Source of the DNA: an uncultured Methanosarcinales archaeon
GTDB taxonomy: Archaea; Nanobdellota; Nanobdellia; Woesearchaeales; UBA12501
Direction of reading: 5' to 3'
Assembly (NCBI GenBank): GCA_964397315.1
Contig: CAYNHV010000007.1
Span: forward strand, 1-47,822
Length of the DNA: 47,822 nucleotides
Position 1 is the first letter of the stretch. Each line of letters opens with the position of its first letter. Shown in pieces: positions 31,164 through 41,047 of this stretch. The notes below the pieces were generated by a model, which saw nothing but the letters and a program-made list of their open reading frames with translations, did no database searches and had not been told where the DNA came from. Made by a program: the position numbers and the translations under genes.

Positions 31164-32209
31164 GCAGCTTTCTCTTTTGTGTAATGCGAAACCGGCTTAT
31201 AGTGCTTGTCAGGGTTTGCCATCATGTCAACAAGGATTTTGTTGATCCGGCTGTTTGACCCGCTTGTTCCGAAGTGGGTGGAGTCCTTGTGGTCAATGAC
31301 TTTCATTCCTTTTGCATGCCTGTAATTTATGTCCTCTGGTTTCACGAGCCCGTCAGCCTTTCCTGTGCTCATGTACACGTCCACAAACGGCTTGCCCCTC
31401 TTGTAAAGCTCTGTGGCGGCTTTCTGTCCCTTTGCCTTGTCTTTCCTGTCATAATCTATGTTTGTAACCAGCCCCATAAGCCTTCTTTCAATTGTGTCAG
31501 CAGCAATGCCATGAGGTGTTGCCGCGACCCCGTGAACCTCCTTTATTCCAGTGCCTTTTATCCTGGGGTCTGTTGCCATGTACAGGCCAGTGTTCGCTCC
31601 GCTGCTGTGGCCCATGTACTTGTCACGTCTTCTCTCGGGGTTTTTCAGCCCTGTTTTCTTGTGCAGATTGTATATCTGGTCAAAGGACTGGTCTGTTGTG
31701 TGCTCATGGCCTTTGGAGTGGTTAGCGCTGAGGCCGTACATCAGTTTTCCCTGCTTCCTGCCTTCTCTCATCAGCCTCCACTGGTTGTGCTTTCCCTGCG
31801 CGCTGCCGTGTTCAGTATACCATATCTCCTGTTTTGCTTCAGGATTCTTCTTGAGAAACCTTCTGGTCTGCCAGTTGTACATGCTGGAGATCGGCCTGCC
31901 CACAACCGTGTCCACTGCATTGTTGGCAATATTCTTGACATTGCCTATTGCTGTCCTTGCTCTCTGGCCCAGCGACCTCATGTAATTCTCAGAGAGGATC
32001 TTGCTTCCTTTTTCAGCAGAACTTCCAACAACCCGCTTGTACTCGCTTTCTGGTGTTGTCTTTGATTCATAAGGGGCTCTTGTTTCAGGGGTGAAATCAA
32101 CATACTTTATATTGCCGTCCTCCCCAGTAACACGCTTCTGGCGCTTGAAGGTGGCTGGCGCACTACCCCCTTCCTTTTTCTCTTTCCTGACTTTATCCTC
32201 AATAGTCAT
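31160..32209 (-). CDS. Alpha/beta-hydrolase-fold protein
   Basis: 'EHG' oxyanion-like, GHSSG nucleophile elbow, 'ADGLV' Asp, 'THFG' His; start uncertain (32209-32242). Confidence 0.6.
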   Translation of the reverse strand: MTIEDKVRKEKKEGGSAPATFKRQKRVTGEDGNIKYVDFTPETRAPYESKTTPESEYKRVVGSSAEKGSKILSENYMRSLGQRARTAIGNVKNIANNAVDTVVGRPISSMYNWQTRRFLKKNPEAKQEIWYTEHGSAQGKHNQWRLMREGRKQGKLMYGLSANHSKGHEHTTDQSFDQIYNLHKKTGLKNPERRRDKYMGHSSGANTGLYMATDPRIKGTGIKEVHGVAATPHGIAADTIERRLMGLVTNIDYDRKDKAKGQKAATELYKRGKPFVDVYMSTGKADGLVKPEDINYRHAKGMKVIDHKDSTHFGTSGSNSRINKILVDMMANPDKHYKPVSHYTKEKAA

Positions 32210-32315
32210 TAGATATATTATCACGACCATGAAAATCCCCATTGGCCGTTTCTATATATAATTTACTAAAAAGGCGGGCTTAAAGCTCCGCACGTTAAGG
32301 TGGAGACAAAGGTTT

Positions 32316-33470
32316 TTACTGTTTCTTTTTCCCTTTCTTCCTCAGTGGCTTGGCAGGTATGCCTCCCCAAACCTCATTTGGAGGGATTTCCTTCTGGCAC
32401 ATGCTCCACGGCTCTATTGTGGTGTTCTCCCCTATTGTTGTGCCTATTCTGACAAAGGTGTGATGCTTCAGGTGGCAGCCTTTCTTTATGAGAACCCTGC
32501 CGAACACTGTCTGGGATATTGTGTACTCATGCCCGTCAAAATAGCAGTGCTCGCCAATCCTGACATTGTCCTCTATTGTTGTCATGTCACCATATATGTG
32601 ATCAAATATTGTTCCCTTGCCTATGCGCACGTTCTTTCCTATCCTGACTCCTATCATCCTGAGCAGCAGCGTCTTCAGGAAGCAGTGGGGCAGCATTCTT
32701 GAGATCTCAACTATTATGCCGTTGTAGAATATCCTGAGTATGTTCCTTGCCCTCCACCAGTCACTGCCTGCTCCTGCTCTGTTTCCTCCATAGTAGATTT
32801 TGAGGTAGTTCTGGGAGGGGTCTTTCCGGAATGCCCTGACCTTTTTTCTGAACTCCTTGTAATACTCCTTTGTGTCCATGTCCTTCTTTTTGAAGTACTT
32901 GTCAATGAGCTCCTGGGAGAGCTTAAGCTGCTGGTTTGCGGGCTTTCCACCCCATAGCTCGCCCTCAGGAACTTCCCTGTCAAGCTCTGAGACAAGGTTT
33001 ATCATTGAGTTCCTGTTGACCTTTGCTCCTGGCCAAAGTGTTACAAAGCCGGCTATCATGACCTTGTCTGCGAGCTCCACTCTGCCGATTTTGAGTTTCC
33101 TGCCTTCAAGCTTATGCGCCCAGAGGCTTGAATCCCCGCCAATAAGCGTTCCCCCACCTATGCTTATGAGCTCAGGAAAGTAAGGGTCAAAGTCAATGTA
33201 GTGGGGGATGCACGCGTCATGGCCAACATTCATCCCTGTAGTCCTCAGAAGCCAGTTCTTGAAGTGCATCGGCACCATCCATCTCTGGATGAAAAAGATG
33301 AATTTATTCCACCACAGCAAAGGCAGAGGCTTTATGTTGAAGTCCTTGTCTTTGAGAGTTATTGTGACTTTCTTCTTTTTTCCTGACCTGATGTCCTGCA
33401 CTGCCTGCTTTATCTGTTCCTTCTGGTCCTGTTCGGCAACTTCTTTTTTTACTGAGCTCTTGCTTTTCAT
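32316..33470 (-). CDS. Tandem hexapeptide-repeat (left-handed beta-helix) acyltransferase
   Basis: Two LbH units ending 'VPEGELWGGKPA' and 'IPPNEVWGGIPAK'; 'LLRMIGVRIGKNVRIG'. Confidence 0.85.
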   Translation of the reverse strand: MKSKSSVKKEVAEQDQKEQIKQAVQDIRSGKKKKVTITLKDKDFNIKPLPLLWWNKFIFFIQRWMVPMHFKNWLLRTTGMNVGHDACIPHYIDFDPYFPELISIGGGTLIGGDSSLWAHKLEGRKLKIGRVELADKVMIAGFVTLWPGAKVNRNSMINLVSELDREVPEGELWGGKPANQQLKLSQELIDKYFKKKDMDTKEYYKEFRKKVRAFRKDPSQNYLKIYYGGNRAGAGSDWWRARNILRIFYNGIIVEISRMLPHCFLKTLLLRMIGVRIGKNVRIGKGTIFDHIYGDMTTIEDNVRIGEHCYFDGHEYTISQTVFGRVLIKKGCHLKHHTFVRIGTTIGENTTIEPWSMCQKEIPPNEVWGGIPAKPLRKKGKKKQ

Positions 33471-33494
33471 GTTAACCACCCTTTAATTAAATTT

Positions 33495-34124
33495 TCAGGC
33501 TATCCCCAGCTTTCCGAAGTGCAGCCTCAGGGATTTCAGGTACCCTGGTTTTATCTCATCCCACACCTGCTGGACTGTCTTGTTGAAACCTGCATTCATA
33601 TTGCTTCCTTTGGTCAGCCTGAGGTCACCGTCCTTGTATCTCATTTCTATCCTTCCTTCCCGGTCAATAGTTATGGGGTCTCCACCCTTGTAGTCCTGGA
33701 CTGCTGAGCTTATCCTCTCCTTAAGCTCTTCAGATGGAACCTTTCTCCCATACCCCCCTCTTAACTGCTCTTGCCTCTTCAGGTGCCAGTTGTATGGCTA
33801 TATCAAGAAGGATTCTTGTTATCTTGTCCCTGTGCTCCTCCACTGTATGCTCCCTCTCAGGGATTCAAGGTTGGTTACCTCCTTCAGAAGGTCCATCTCC
33901 AGCTCCATGTTCCTGGTCAGCTTTCTCAGGAGCTTTCCAACCATGTATTTTTTGTTTTTCCTCTTTGCATTTATAAGCCTGTTGACAAGCTCCCTGTCCT
34001 TTTCACTCAGGTGATCCAGGTCAGCAAGATATCTCTCTTCATGTTCGTCCAGTGCAAGTATCCTGTGCATGTCCAGGTAGGATTTTATCCCTACAGCTTC
34101 CATTACAGCATTAAGTATTCCCAT
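33495..34124 (-). pseudogene. Hypothetical ~209-aa gene interrupted by two compensating frameshifts
   Basis: Frame A reads to ~33860, a shifted frame reads EEHRDKITRILLDIAIQLAPEEARAVKR, and frame A resumes after the G6 run (33753-33758) to TGA at 33495. Confidence 0.6.
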
Positions 34125-35691
34125 CGGCCTCCCTTTTTATCTTTCTCACAACCCCCTCATCAGCATCAACTTCAACCATAACCCCATCCCTGAGAGTTGT
34201 GGTAGCTGTTTTTGTCCCTATGATACACGGCACTCCTATCTCCCTGCTCACGATTGCGGCATGAGAAGTTACTCCCCCCTCATCTGTCACAATTGCTGCT
34301 GATTTCCTCATTGCAGGCACATAGTCAGGTCTTGTCATCACAGCCACGAGTATATCTCCTTCTTCAACTTTGCTTATCTCGGTAGCGCTGTTCACTATCT
34401 TTACAGGCCCTGTTGCCTTGCCTGTACATGCTGCAAGGCCCCTGAATTCTTCAACATCAGAAAGGTCCTGGCTTCCCAGGACAGCATGTATTATCTCGTC
34501 TGCTTCTCCTGAGTGCAGGGCATCAATTCCCTCCTCATCCCAGTAGTAAGCTCCTTTTTCCATTCTTGCCTTCAACTCTTCCTTGCCTGGATTGTCCTTG
34601 AATATCCTGCTGACCTCCCTACATGTCATGTACTTGATGTCCTCAAGACCTATGCCTGTCCTTTTCCCTATCTCTTCAAGAATCTTGCTGAAGTAATGTG
34701 TTGCCCAGAAAGTGGCCTTCTTTCTTTCATCCTGCCAGTAGGTGAAATCTTCTGATATCCTTATCAGTGTTTTAATTTCAGGGCTGAGCTCTATCTTTTT
34801 CATGAGCTTACCCTTATTCTTCCTGTTTCTCTTAGGTGTTCTCTCAACTCTTTCAATCTCTTTCTTGATGTCAAGGTCGGTCTCAAAAATATTCTTCAGT
34901 TCTTCTATGAAATGCGCAACTCCCAGAACATAGGAAGAAACATAATTATTATTTATCCAGAAGTAATTCCTCTGGTGCTCCTCAAGGAGATTAAGTGTTT
35001 CTGTCCCCCTGATATGCTCATGGATCTTTTCATGCCTCTCGCTGTTAAAGACATCTTTAAGCCCCTCTTTCTCGGCTTTCACAGCAACCCTGAGCAGGGA
35101 AACCTCAGCCTCATTTATGAATGATAGATGGACAGGGGCAGTGAGACCAGAGAACACATCAGTGAAGCCCATGTTGTCTTTAAGGGAGGAGTTTTCATAG
35201 GCTTCTTTTATATGGTCGGCTATCATAACATCCGTGCCAAGAGCAAAGCCGTCTATAAGCGAGCTGCAGCTGCTCCTGTGCAGCGTGATTTCAGCAAAAT
35301 CATCATGCAGTTTCATCAATCCCCTATCATCAAGCCCGCCCACGTCTGTTTTGCCCACTTCAATGCATTTGTTGTAAAACCTGTCATAGTCAGGTTTCCA
35401 TTTCTGTATGAACTCAGAGCTTATATCCGGATTATTTTTGCTGGCTCTGATAACCGCATCAACGACCCTTTTTATGTCATCCATAAGGATGTACCAGTCT
35501 GCTTTTCCCTTTTCATAGAAGCAGTAATGCACAGTGAAATAGCCCCCTTTTTTCCTGTCTTTGTCCATTGATATCTCACCTTCTGCAATGAAATGCATGA
35601 AATAAGGGCTGCCGTCAAACCTCTGGTGATACCAATCCCTGTTCATCCAGTTGCTTACTTTCCTTTTTGCAAGACCTTTGATGAATTTCAT
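34111..35691 (-). CDS. PEP-utilising enzyme phospho-His swivel domain with large helical N-terminal domain (paralog 5)
   Basis: C-terminal 'MTRPDYVPAM...TDEGGVTSHAAIVSRE...VDADEGVV'; 'YWQDERKK'. Confidence 0.88.
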   Translation of the reverse strand: MKFIKGLAKRKVSNWMNRDWYHQRFDGSPYFMHFIAEGEISMDKDRKKGGYFTVHYCFYEKGKADWYILMDDIKRVVDAVIRASKNNPDISSEFIQKWKPDYDRFYNKCIEVGKTDVGGLDDRGLMKLHDDFAEITLHRSSCSSLIDGFALGTDVMIADHIKEAYENSSLKDNMGFTDVFSGLTAPVHLSFINEAEVSLLRVAVKAEKEGLKDVFNSERHEKIHEHIRGTETLNLLEEHQRNYFWINNNYVSSYVLGVAHFIEELKNIFETDLDIKKEIERVERTPKRNRKNKGKLMKKIELSPEIKTLIRISEDFTYWQDERKKATFWATHYFSKILEEIGKRTGIGLEDIKYMTCREVSRIFKDNPGKEELKARMEKGAYYWDEEGIDALHSGEADEIIHAVLGSQDLSDVEEFRGLAACTGKATGPVKIVNSATEISKVEEGDILVAVMTRPDYVPAMRKSAAIVTDEGGVTSHAAIVSREIGVPCIIGTKTATTTLRDGVMVEVDADEGVVRKIKREADGNT

Positions 35692-37133
35692 TTCTTTATC
35701 CTCCTCACAACCCCCTCATCAGCATCAACCTCAACCTCATCCCCGTCCTTCAGGACTTCAGATGCATTTCCTGTGCCTATTACACATGGTATGTTGAGCT
35801 CCCTGCTGACTATTGCCGCGTGGCAGGTTATTCCGCCTTCGTTTGTGACTATTGCTCCTGCCTTTTTCATGCCTGCTGTGAAATCAGGCGATGTCATGTT
35901 GGTGACAAGCACCTCCCCTCTTCCAAGCCTCCCTATGTGTTTGGCATCAAGTATTATTCTTGCCTTTCCCTTGTGTTTTCCTGAGGAGGCGGGAACTCCC
36001 TTAAGGCCCTCTGATTTCTGCCTCACGCTCTTTTTTATCCCTCCTATGATTCTCTCTGCTTCCTTCCCCTCGCTCATGCTTATTTTGTCTTCAGTGAAAG
36101 TCAGGCAGCAGAGCTCTTTTCTCCCTTCTATGCCTCTTTTATCCGGCTTCTTTCTCTCCACAAGCCCTTCATGAGCCTCATCCCACATGAGGAACTGCAC
36201 TCCTGCAAGGCTCAGGCCTGTCCTTCTTGCAGCCTCCTTCAGAAGGGGCCTTATTGCGAGGTGGGATTTTGTGAACTCCTCCTTCTTGCGGTCCATGATG
36301 AACGCGCAGTCCCTCACATCCTCAAGAAGCTGCTGGTGTTTCATGTCAATATCCAGCTCTTTTATTATCCTTTCCTGCTCTTTCTTCAGGCCTGAGAAAT
36401 AATCTTTTATCTTCTTCAGCTCTCTCTCAGGATCTTTTTTCTCCAGAGTATCATCAAGCTCCTTCTTAAAATGCTTTCTGGTCCAGGTCATCACGCCATA
36501 ATCATAAGGTATCCAGCGCCATTTTTTTGTGTGCTCTTTCAGCAGCATTTCCCTTGCTTCCGGATTCCTTCTGACTTTTGAAGCCAGATTTAGCATGTCC
36601 ATCTCCTCTCTTCTGATAAATGATATATCCAGGGGGGATGAAAGCGTATTGAGGTATCTATGGGCTTTTTCCGGGGCTGTCTTACTGAGCATGTACTCCA
36701 GGAGGTATTCTGCAATGCTGTCTTTTGTCAGGAAAGGCACAGGCTCTGACCACGCATAGGCGTGATTGTATGCCTCATAAAACCTTTCCAGCAGCGTGTA
36801 TACATCCTTTCCTGAGAGTTTTGAGGGGGAGTGTCCTGCGACGTGTTCAACAGTCCTTTTGAATTCTGAAACGCGCTCAAGAAACGTATCTTTTAATCTG
36901 CTGATGAATCCCGGGTTTTCAAGCACAGCTTTTTTTAGCCTGTTGCTCCTTCTTATATGGTCATCCTCATCCGTCGCCCACATTATGAGGCCTTTCTCGT
37001 AGATTCCGTATGCCTTTCCCATGAGAGGCCATCCTAATATCTCCCTTGTTGTCTGTGTGAAGGATTTCCCTATTGCCATCACCAGAGGGAAGGGATATGC
37101 GTTGGCCTTTCTCTGCAGTATAAGCATAGCCAT
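35688..37133 (-). CDS. PEP-utilising enzyme phospho-His swivel domain protein (paralog 4)
   Basis: 'TNEGGITCHAAIVSRE'; 'WRWIPYDY'. Confidence 0.88.
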   Translation of the reverse strand: MAMLILQRKANAYPFPLVMAIGKSFTQTTREILGWPLMGKAYGIYEKGLIMWATDEDDHIRRSNRLKKAVLENPGFISRLKDTFLERVSEFKRTVEHVAGHSPSKLSGKDVYTLLERFYEAYNHAYAWSEPVPFLTKDSIAEYLLEYMLSKTAPEKAHRYLNTLSSPLDISFIRREEMDMLNLASKVRRNPEAREMLLKEHTKKWRWIPYDYGVMTWTRKHFKKELDDTLEKKDPERELKKIKDYFSGLKKEQERIIKELDIDMKHQQLLEDVRDCAFIMDRKKEEFTKSHLAIRPLLKEAARRTGLSLAGVQFLMWDEAHEGLVERKKPDKRGIEGRKELCCLTFTEDKISMSEGKEAERIIGGIKKSVRQKSEGLKGVPASSGKHKGKARIILDAKHIGRLGRGEVLVTNMTSPDFTAGMKKAGAIVTNEGGITCHAAIVSRELNIPCVIGTGNASEVLKDGDEVEVDADEGVVRRIKK

Positions 37134-37134
37134 C

Positions 37135-38145
37135 TTATTCCTCTGAGTTTGCCTCCATTGCAGCGGTTATTATCAGGTTTGTCACTGTCTCCTGAGGCGT
37201 GCTCCTTCCGAGTATTGCCACCGGCTTTCTTATGCCCATCATCATGGTAAGGTCTATCTTCAGGTCAGAGAGCTGGGTGAGGAGATGCATTGTTATGTTC
37301 GCTGCTGTGAGGTTGGGGAAGACAAGCACGTTAGCATCCCCTTTTATCCTTGCATCAGGGCATTTCCTCTCTGCTGCCTTGGGGTTTATTGCAGCATCGC
37401 CCTGGTATTCTGCGTCTATTATATAGTCTGGCCTTTTCTCCTGCGCGAGCTCTGCAGCTTTCCTTGTCTTCTGGATTATGTCTCCCTCCCCTCCGGAGCC
37501 CTTGGTGGAGAAGCTCAAGAGGGCTATTTTTGGGTTGAAGCCAAGCTCTCTGGCAGCGTCTCCTGCATTGACCGCTATCTGCGCAAGCTGCTCCTCGTCA
37601 GGGTCTATATTGAGGCTTGAGTCAGAGGTGAAAATAATCCTGTTGTTCCTGACATCCTCGCTCACTATGACCTCTGATATCAGGCCAGAGTCCTTTTTTG
37701 TCTTTATTATCTGCATAGCCGGCCTCATGAGGTCCCCTGTGGGGCATATTGCGCTTCCTGCCATCGCGTCTGCATAGCCTGTGTGCAGGAGCATGCAGCC
37801 GAAGTAATTGACATCATCCATTAGCTCGTCTGCCTTCTCGTCTGTCATGCCCTTGTGCTTCCTCAGCTCAACAAGCTCTTGCGCCAGCTTCTTCCTCATG
37901 CCGGATGTCTTTGGGTTTATTATTTCAGCAGAGCTTATGTCTGTTTTGTGCTCCTCTGCTGCTTTCTTGATATCCTCCTCATCACCGAGCAGGATAAGGT
38001 CAGCATATCCTTCCTTAAGAATATGGTCTGCTGCCCTGAGGCATCTTTCATCCCACCCTTCTGCTATGACAATCTTCCTCTTGTCTGCTTTCGCCTTATC
38101 CTTGACATGCTCCATGAGCTTGTCCAGTTCCCCCATGTATATCAT
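37135..38145 (-). CDS. pta: Phosphate acetyl/butyryl-transferase family protein (divergent active site)
   Basis: 'IVIAEGWDERCLRAA', 'PKIALLSFSTKGSG', 'EYQGDAAI', 'ANVLVFPNL'. Confidence 0.8.
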   Translation of the reverse strand: MIYMGELDKLMEHVKDKAKADKRKIVIAEGWDERCLRAADHILKEGYADLILLGDEEDIKKAAEEHKTDISSAEIINPKTSGMRKKLAQELVELRKHKGMTDEKADELMDDVNYFGCMLLHTGYADAMAGSAICPTGDLMRPAMQIIKTKKDSGLISEVIVSEDVRNNRIIFTSDSSLNIDPDEEQLAQIAVNAGDAARELGFNPKIALLSFSTKGSGGEGDIIQKTRKAAELAQEKRPDYIIDAEYQGDAAINPKAAERKCPDARIKGDANVLVFPNLTAANITMHLLTQLSDLKIDLTMMMGIRKPVAILGRSTPQETVTNLIITAAMEANSEE

Positions 38146-39620
38146 CCTCCTGCTTGTTTTTTGTTGGTATCTTCTTCTTTTCTCTCCAGCACAATAACCA
38201 GGCCGTGGTTGCCTTTTATCTCAATAAGGTCGCCGTCATTGAGCGCTTTTGTGGCATTTCTTGTGCCTATTATGCATGGTATGTTGAGCTCTCTGCTGAC
38301 TATTGCAGCGTGTGATGTTATACCCCCCTCATCTGTTATTATTGCCGCAGCTTTCTTCATCGCAGGGACATACTCAGGCCTGGTCATTGACGCAACCAAT
38401 ATCTCGCCTTCTTTGAATTCTTTTATTGAATCCAGGGTCGTGCAAACTCTAACTTCTCCTATAGCAGTGCCTGTTGATGCTGTTATTCCGTTTATCTCCC
38501 TTACCTCTGCCTCTTTTGAGCTGCTGAACCTGCTGACAAACTCTTCATAATCCTTTCCTGAGATGATTGGTTCATCGCATTTTTCCTGAAGGTAGACACA
38601 GCCCTTCCTTCTTTCTTTTAGCTTCTCATAGAACTCTTTAGACCTGAGATTCTCAAGCCGCATCTCTCGGGGAACCATGTATCTCAGGAATCTTATATCC
38701 TTATTGAATCTGGAAGCAGCCTCTTCAACAAACCTTTCAAGATAATCAACTGCTTTAAGTATGTTCTTTTTTCTTTCATCCTGCCAGTGAATTAAATATT
38801 CTGTAACCTTTATCTTCAGCACAAGGCCCTTATCAAGCTTCAGCTCTTTTATCATATTCTCCTTTTCTCTCACAATCTTGGCAAAGCCTATCTGCTTCTT
38901 CTCCTTCATTGACTCTGCCTCTTGAAGGACTTCCTTTTTTGTTAGTTTATGCCTTCCTGCATACCCATTCCTTATCCAGAAAAAGTTCCTTATGTGCTCT
39001 TCAACAAGCTTGTCTTTTTTCTCTTTATCTTTCTCCTTTGCTATGAGCCTGAGATGGTCTTCCTGCTCATTCACAAATGATTTTTTTACAGGAGACATCA
39101 GGAGTGTGAAGGCCTTGTTAAGGGGATGGGATTCTTTTATGTATTTTGACAGCTGCTGCTTTATCTTCCGGTCTGTTGTCAGGGCAAATGGCTCTATAAC
39201 ATGGGCAACCCCTACAGATATTAGCACTGCTTGAGAAGCTTTTTTGACAAACCCCATCAGCTTCTCATCTGACATTTCTTTCAGGTCTGTTTTTTCAGCC
39301 AAGGCAAAGAACTTCTCAGAATCGCTTATATGGCCATCATACACACTCTTTATCTTTTTGAAATAATCAGGGTCTTTCTCTATTTCCTTGTTTATGATTT
39401 TTGCGAGCCTTCTGAGGTCATCCTCAAAATAATGCATATTCCCATAATCTTCCTTGAAGATGTAAAGGTATTTTGTGTATCCATAACCGAGATAATCCTT
39501 CATGAAGATTCCGCTTCCTCCTGCAGAGCCTATAAGCAAGGGGGTTGTGTTGAATCCCTGAGCATACCATCTCTCATTAAGGCTCTTGTCCAGCATTTCC
39601 TTAACATCTTTTGAGCTCAT
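38142..39620 (-). CDS. PEP-utilising enzyme phospho-His swivel domain protein (paralog 3)
   Basis: 'TDEGGITSHAAIVSRE'; 'FFWIRNGY'; 'HWQDERKK'. Confidence 0.88.
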   Translation of the reverse strand: MSSKDVKEMLDKSLNERWYAQGFNTTPLLIGSAGGSGIFMKDYLGYGYTKYLYIFKEDYGNMHYFEDDLRRLAKIINKEIEKDPDYFKKIKSVYDGHISDSEKFFALAEKTDLKEMSDEKLMGFVKKASQAVLISVGVAHVIEPFALTTDRKIKQQLSKYIKESHPLNKAFTLLMSPVKKSFVNEQEDHLRLIAKEKDKEKKDKLVEEHIRNFFWIRNGYAGRHKLTKKEVLQEAESMKEKKQIGFAKIVREKENMIKELKLDKGLVLKIKVTEYLIHWQDERKKNILKAVDYLERFVEEAASRFNKDIRFLRYMVPREMRLENLRSKEFYEKLKERRKGCVYLQEKCDEPIISGKDYEEFVSRFSSSKEAEVREINGITASTGTAIGEVRVCTTLDSIKEFKEGEILVASMTRPEYVPAMKKAAAIITDEGGITSHAAIVSRELNIPCIIGTRNATKALNDGDLIEIKGNHGLVIVLERKEEDTNKKQAGG

Positions 39621-41047
39621 TTTATCCTCCTCACAATGCCCTTGTCGGCCTCCACCTCAACCTCCTCGCCGTCTTTCAGCGAGATTGTGGCTGTTTGTGT
39701 TCCCACAATGCAGGGCTTGCCCATCTCCCTGGAAACTATTGCGGCATGGCAGGTGATGCCTCCCTCATCCGTAACAAAAGCAGAGGCTTTCTCCATCACA
39801 GGAGAGAACTCAGGCCTGGTCATTATGGCCACCAGCACCTCCCCTTTTTTGACCCTGCTGAAATCGCTGCGTGCCATTACAATCCTTGCCTTTCCCCTTG
39901 CATTGCCCCCGTTTGCGGCAATGCCCCTTATGTCCTTCTTTTTTATGCTCTCCCTGAGAGTCTTTACCACCTTATCCATCTCCTTTCCATATAACCACAA
40001 TCTTTTCCCTTCCCTGTTGCACATGACCAGGTGTTTCTTTCTTCTTTTTTTCAGGGTTTCAGCATATTTCCTGCTTAACTCAGTGCTTTCTATCTCAGAC
40101 GGAACAGCGAACTCAAGAAGTTTTTTGTCCGCGCCGCTCCTTTTGCTGAGCTCCTCCAGAAATCCGTAAAGATAGTGGTTTGTGATAAGCACGTCTCTTT
40201 TTCTTTCCTCTCTCCAGTCCGAGAGCAGCTGGAAGAATCTTAATATGTTCAATACCCTCCTGTTCTTTATCCTGCTCATCAGCGCCTTCCTGTTCTCTTT
40301 TTTCTCTTTTATCTGCCTTTTAATCCTGTCATGTTTCCTCTTCATTTCATCAAAATTCCTTATATCCCCCCTTATCTTTTTTATGAACTCCTCCTTGCTT
40401 ATCCTTTCTGTGTGAGCCCAGGAATTTCCTGTCCAGAAATATTCCCTGGCGTGTGATTCCGCCAGCCTGTCAAGCTTGCCGGGCTCCTTTCCCGCCTTTT
40501 CAGCAATCTTGTACCTGTCAAGAAACTCTTCAACCGTAAAGCTGTTCAGTTCAGGAGCCAGCCCCGCCTCTTTTTCTTTTGGGCTCAGGGCGATGCCGCT
40601 TTCCCTGAGGTACTCCTCAAAAAGCTCATGCCCGCAGGGGTCAAAAAGCTCAATCATTATGACGGTCTGCCACTGTTCTGCAAGAAGATCTGATACTCTT
40701 GATAATGTCTTTATGAATTCCCTGTCGCTCATGCTTTTGATGTCTTTGGCAAGCTCTTTCTTTGCTTTTCTGCTCTTTTCTCTCCATTCTGCAATCTTTT
40801 TTTTTATGTGGCTGGTGGAACTCTCGTTCTTTGACAGTGTCTCCCTTGCCAGTTTTGTCTCCACAGCCTTGTTGAAAAAGCCCTCGTTCTTCAGCCCCTG
40901 ATTGAAGAAGATTGAGTTCTGCCTGCCCCACACCTTCTGGGTCTGAAGGTAGGGTATTGCCACAAACCAGGGAATAATCTCTCCTCCCTGCTTGTACCAC
41001 TGCGTTTTCCTGATCCTTTCCAGGTCCTCTTTGGTCACCTTGCTCAT
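39617..41047 (-). CDS. PEP-utilising enzyme phospho-His swivel domain protein (paralog 2)
   Basis: 'TDEGGITCHAAIVSRE'; 'YFWTGNSW'; 'DWREERKR'. Confidence 0.88.
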   Translation of the reverse strand: MSKVTKEDLERIRKTQWYKQGGEIIPWFVAIPYLQTQKVWGRQNSIFFNQGLKNEGFFNKAVETKLARETLSKNESSTSHIKKKIAEWREKSRKAKKELAKDIKSMSDREFIKTLSRVSDLLAEQWQTVIMIELFDPCGHELFEEYLRESGIALSPKEKEAGLAPELNSFTVEEFLDRYKIAEKAGKEPGKLDRLAESHAREYFWTGNSWAHTERISKEEFIKKIRGDIRNFDEMKRKHDRIKRQIKEKKENRKALMSRIKNRRVLNILRFFQLLSDWREERKRDVLITNHYLYGFLEELSKRSGADKKLLEFAVPSEIESTELSRKYAETLKKRRKKHLVMCNREGKRLWLYGKEMDKVVKTLRESIKKKDIRGIAANGGNARGKARIVMARSDFSRVKKGEVLVAIMTRPEFSPVMEKASAFVTDEGGITCHAAIVSREMGKPCIVGTQTATISLKDGEEVEVEADKGIVRRIK

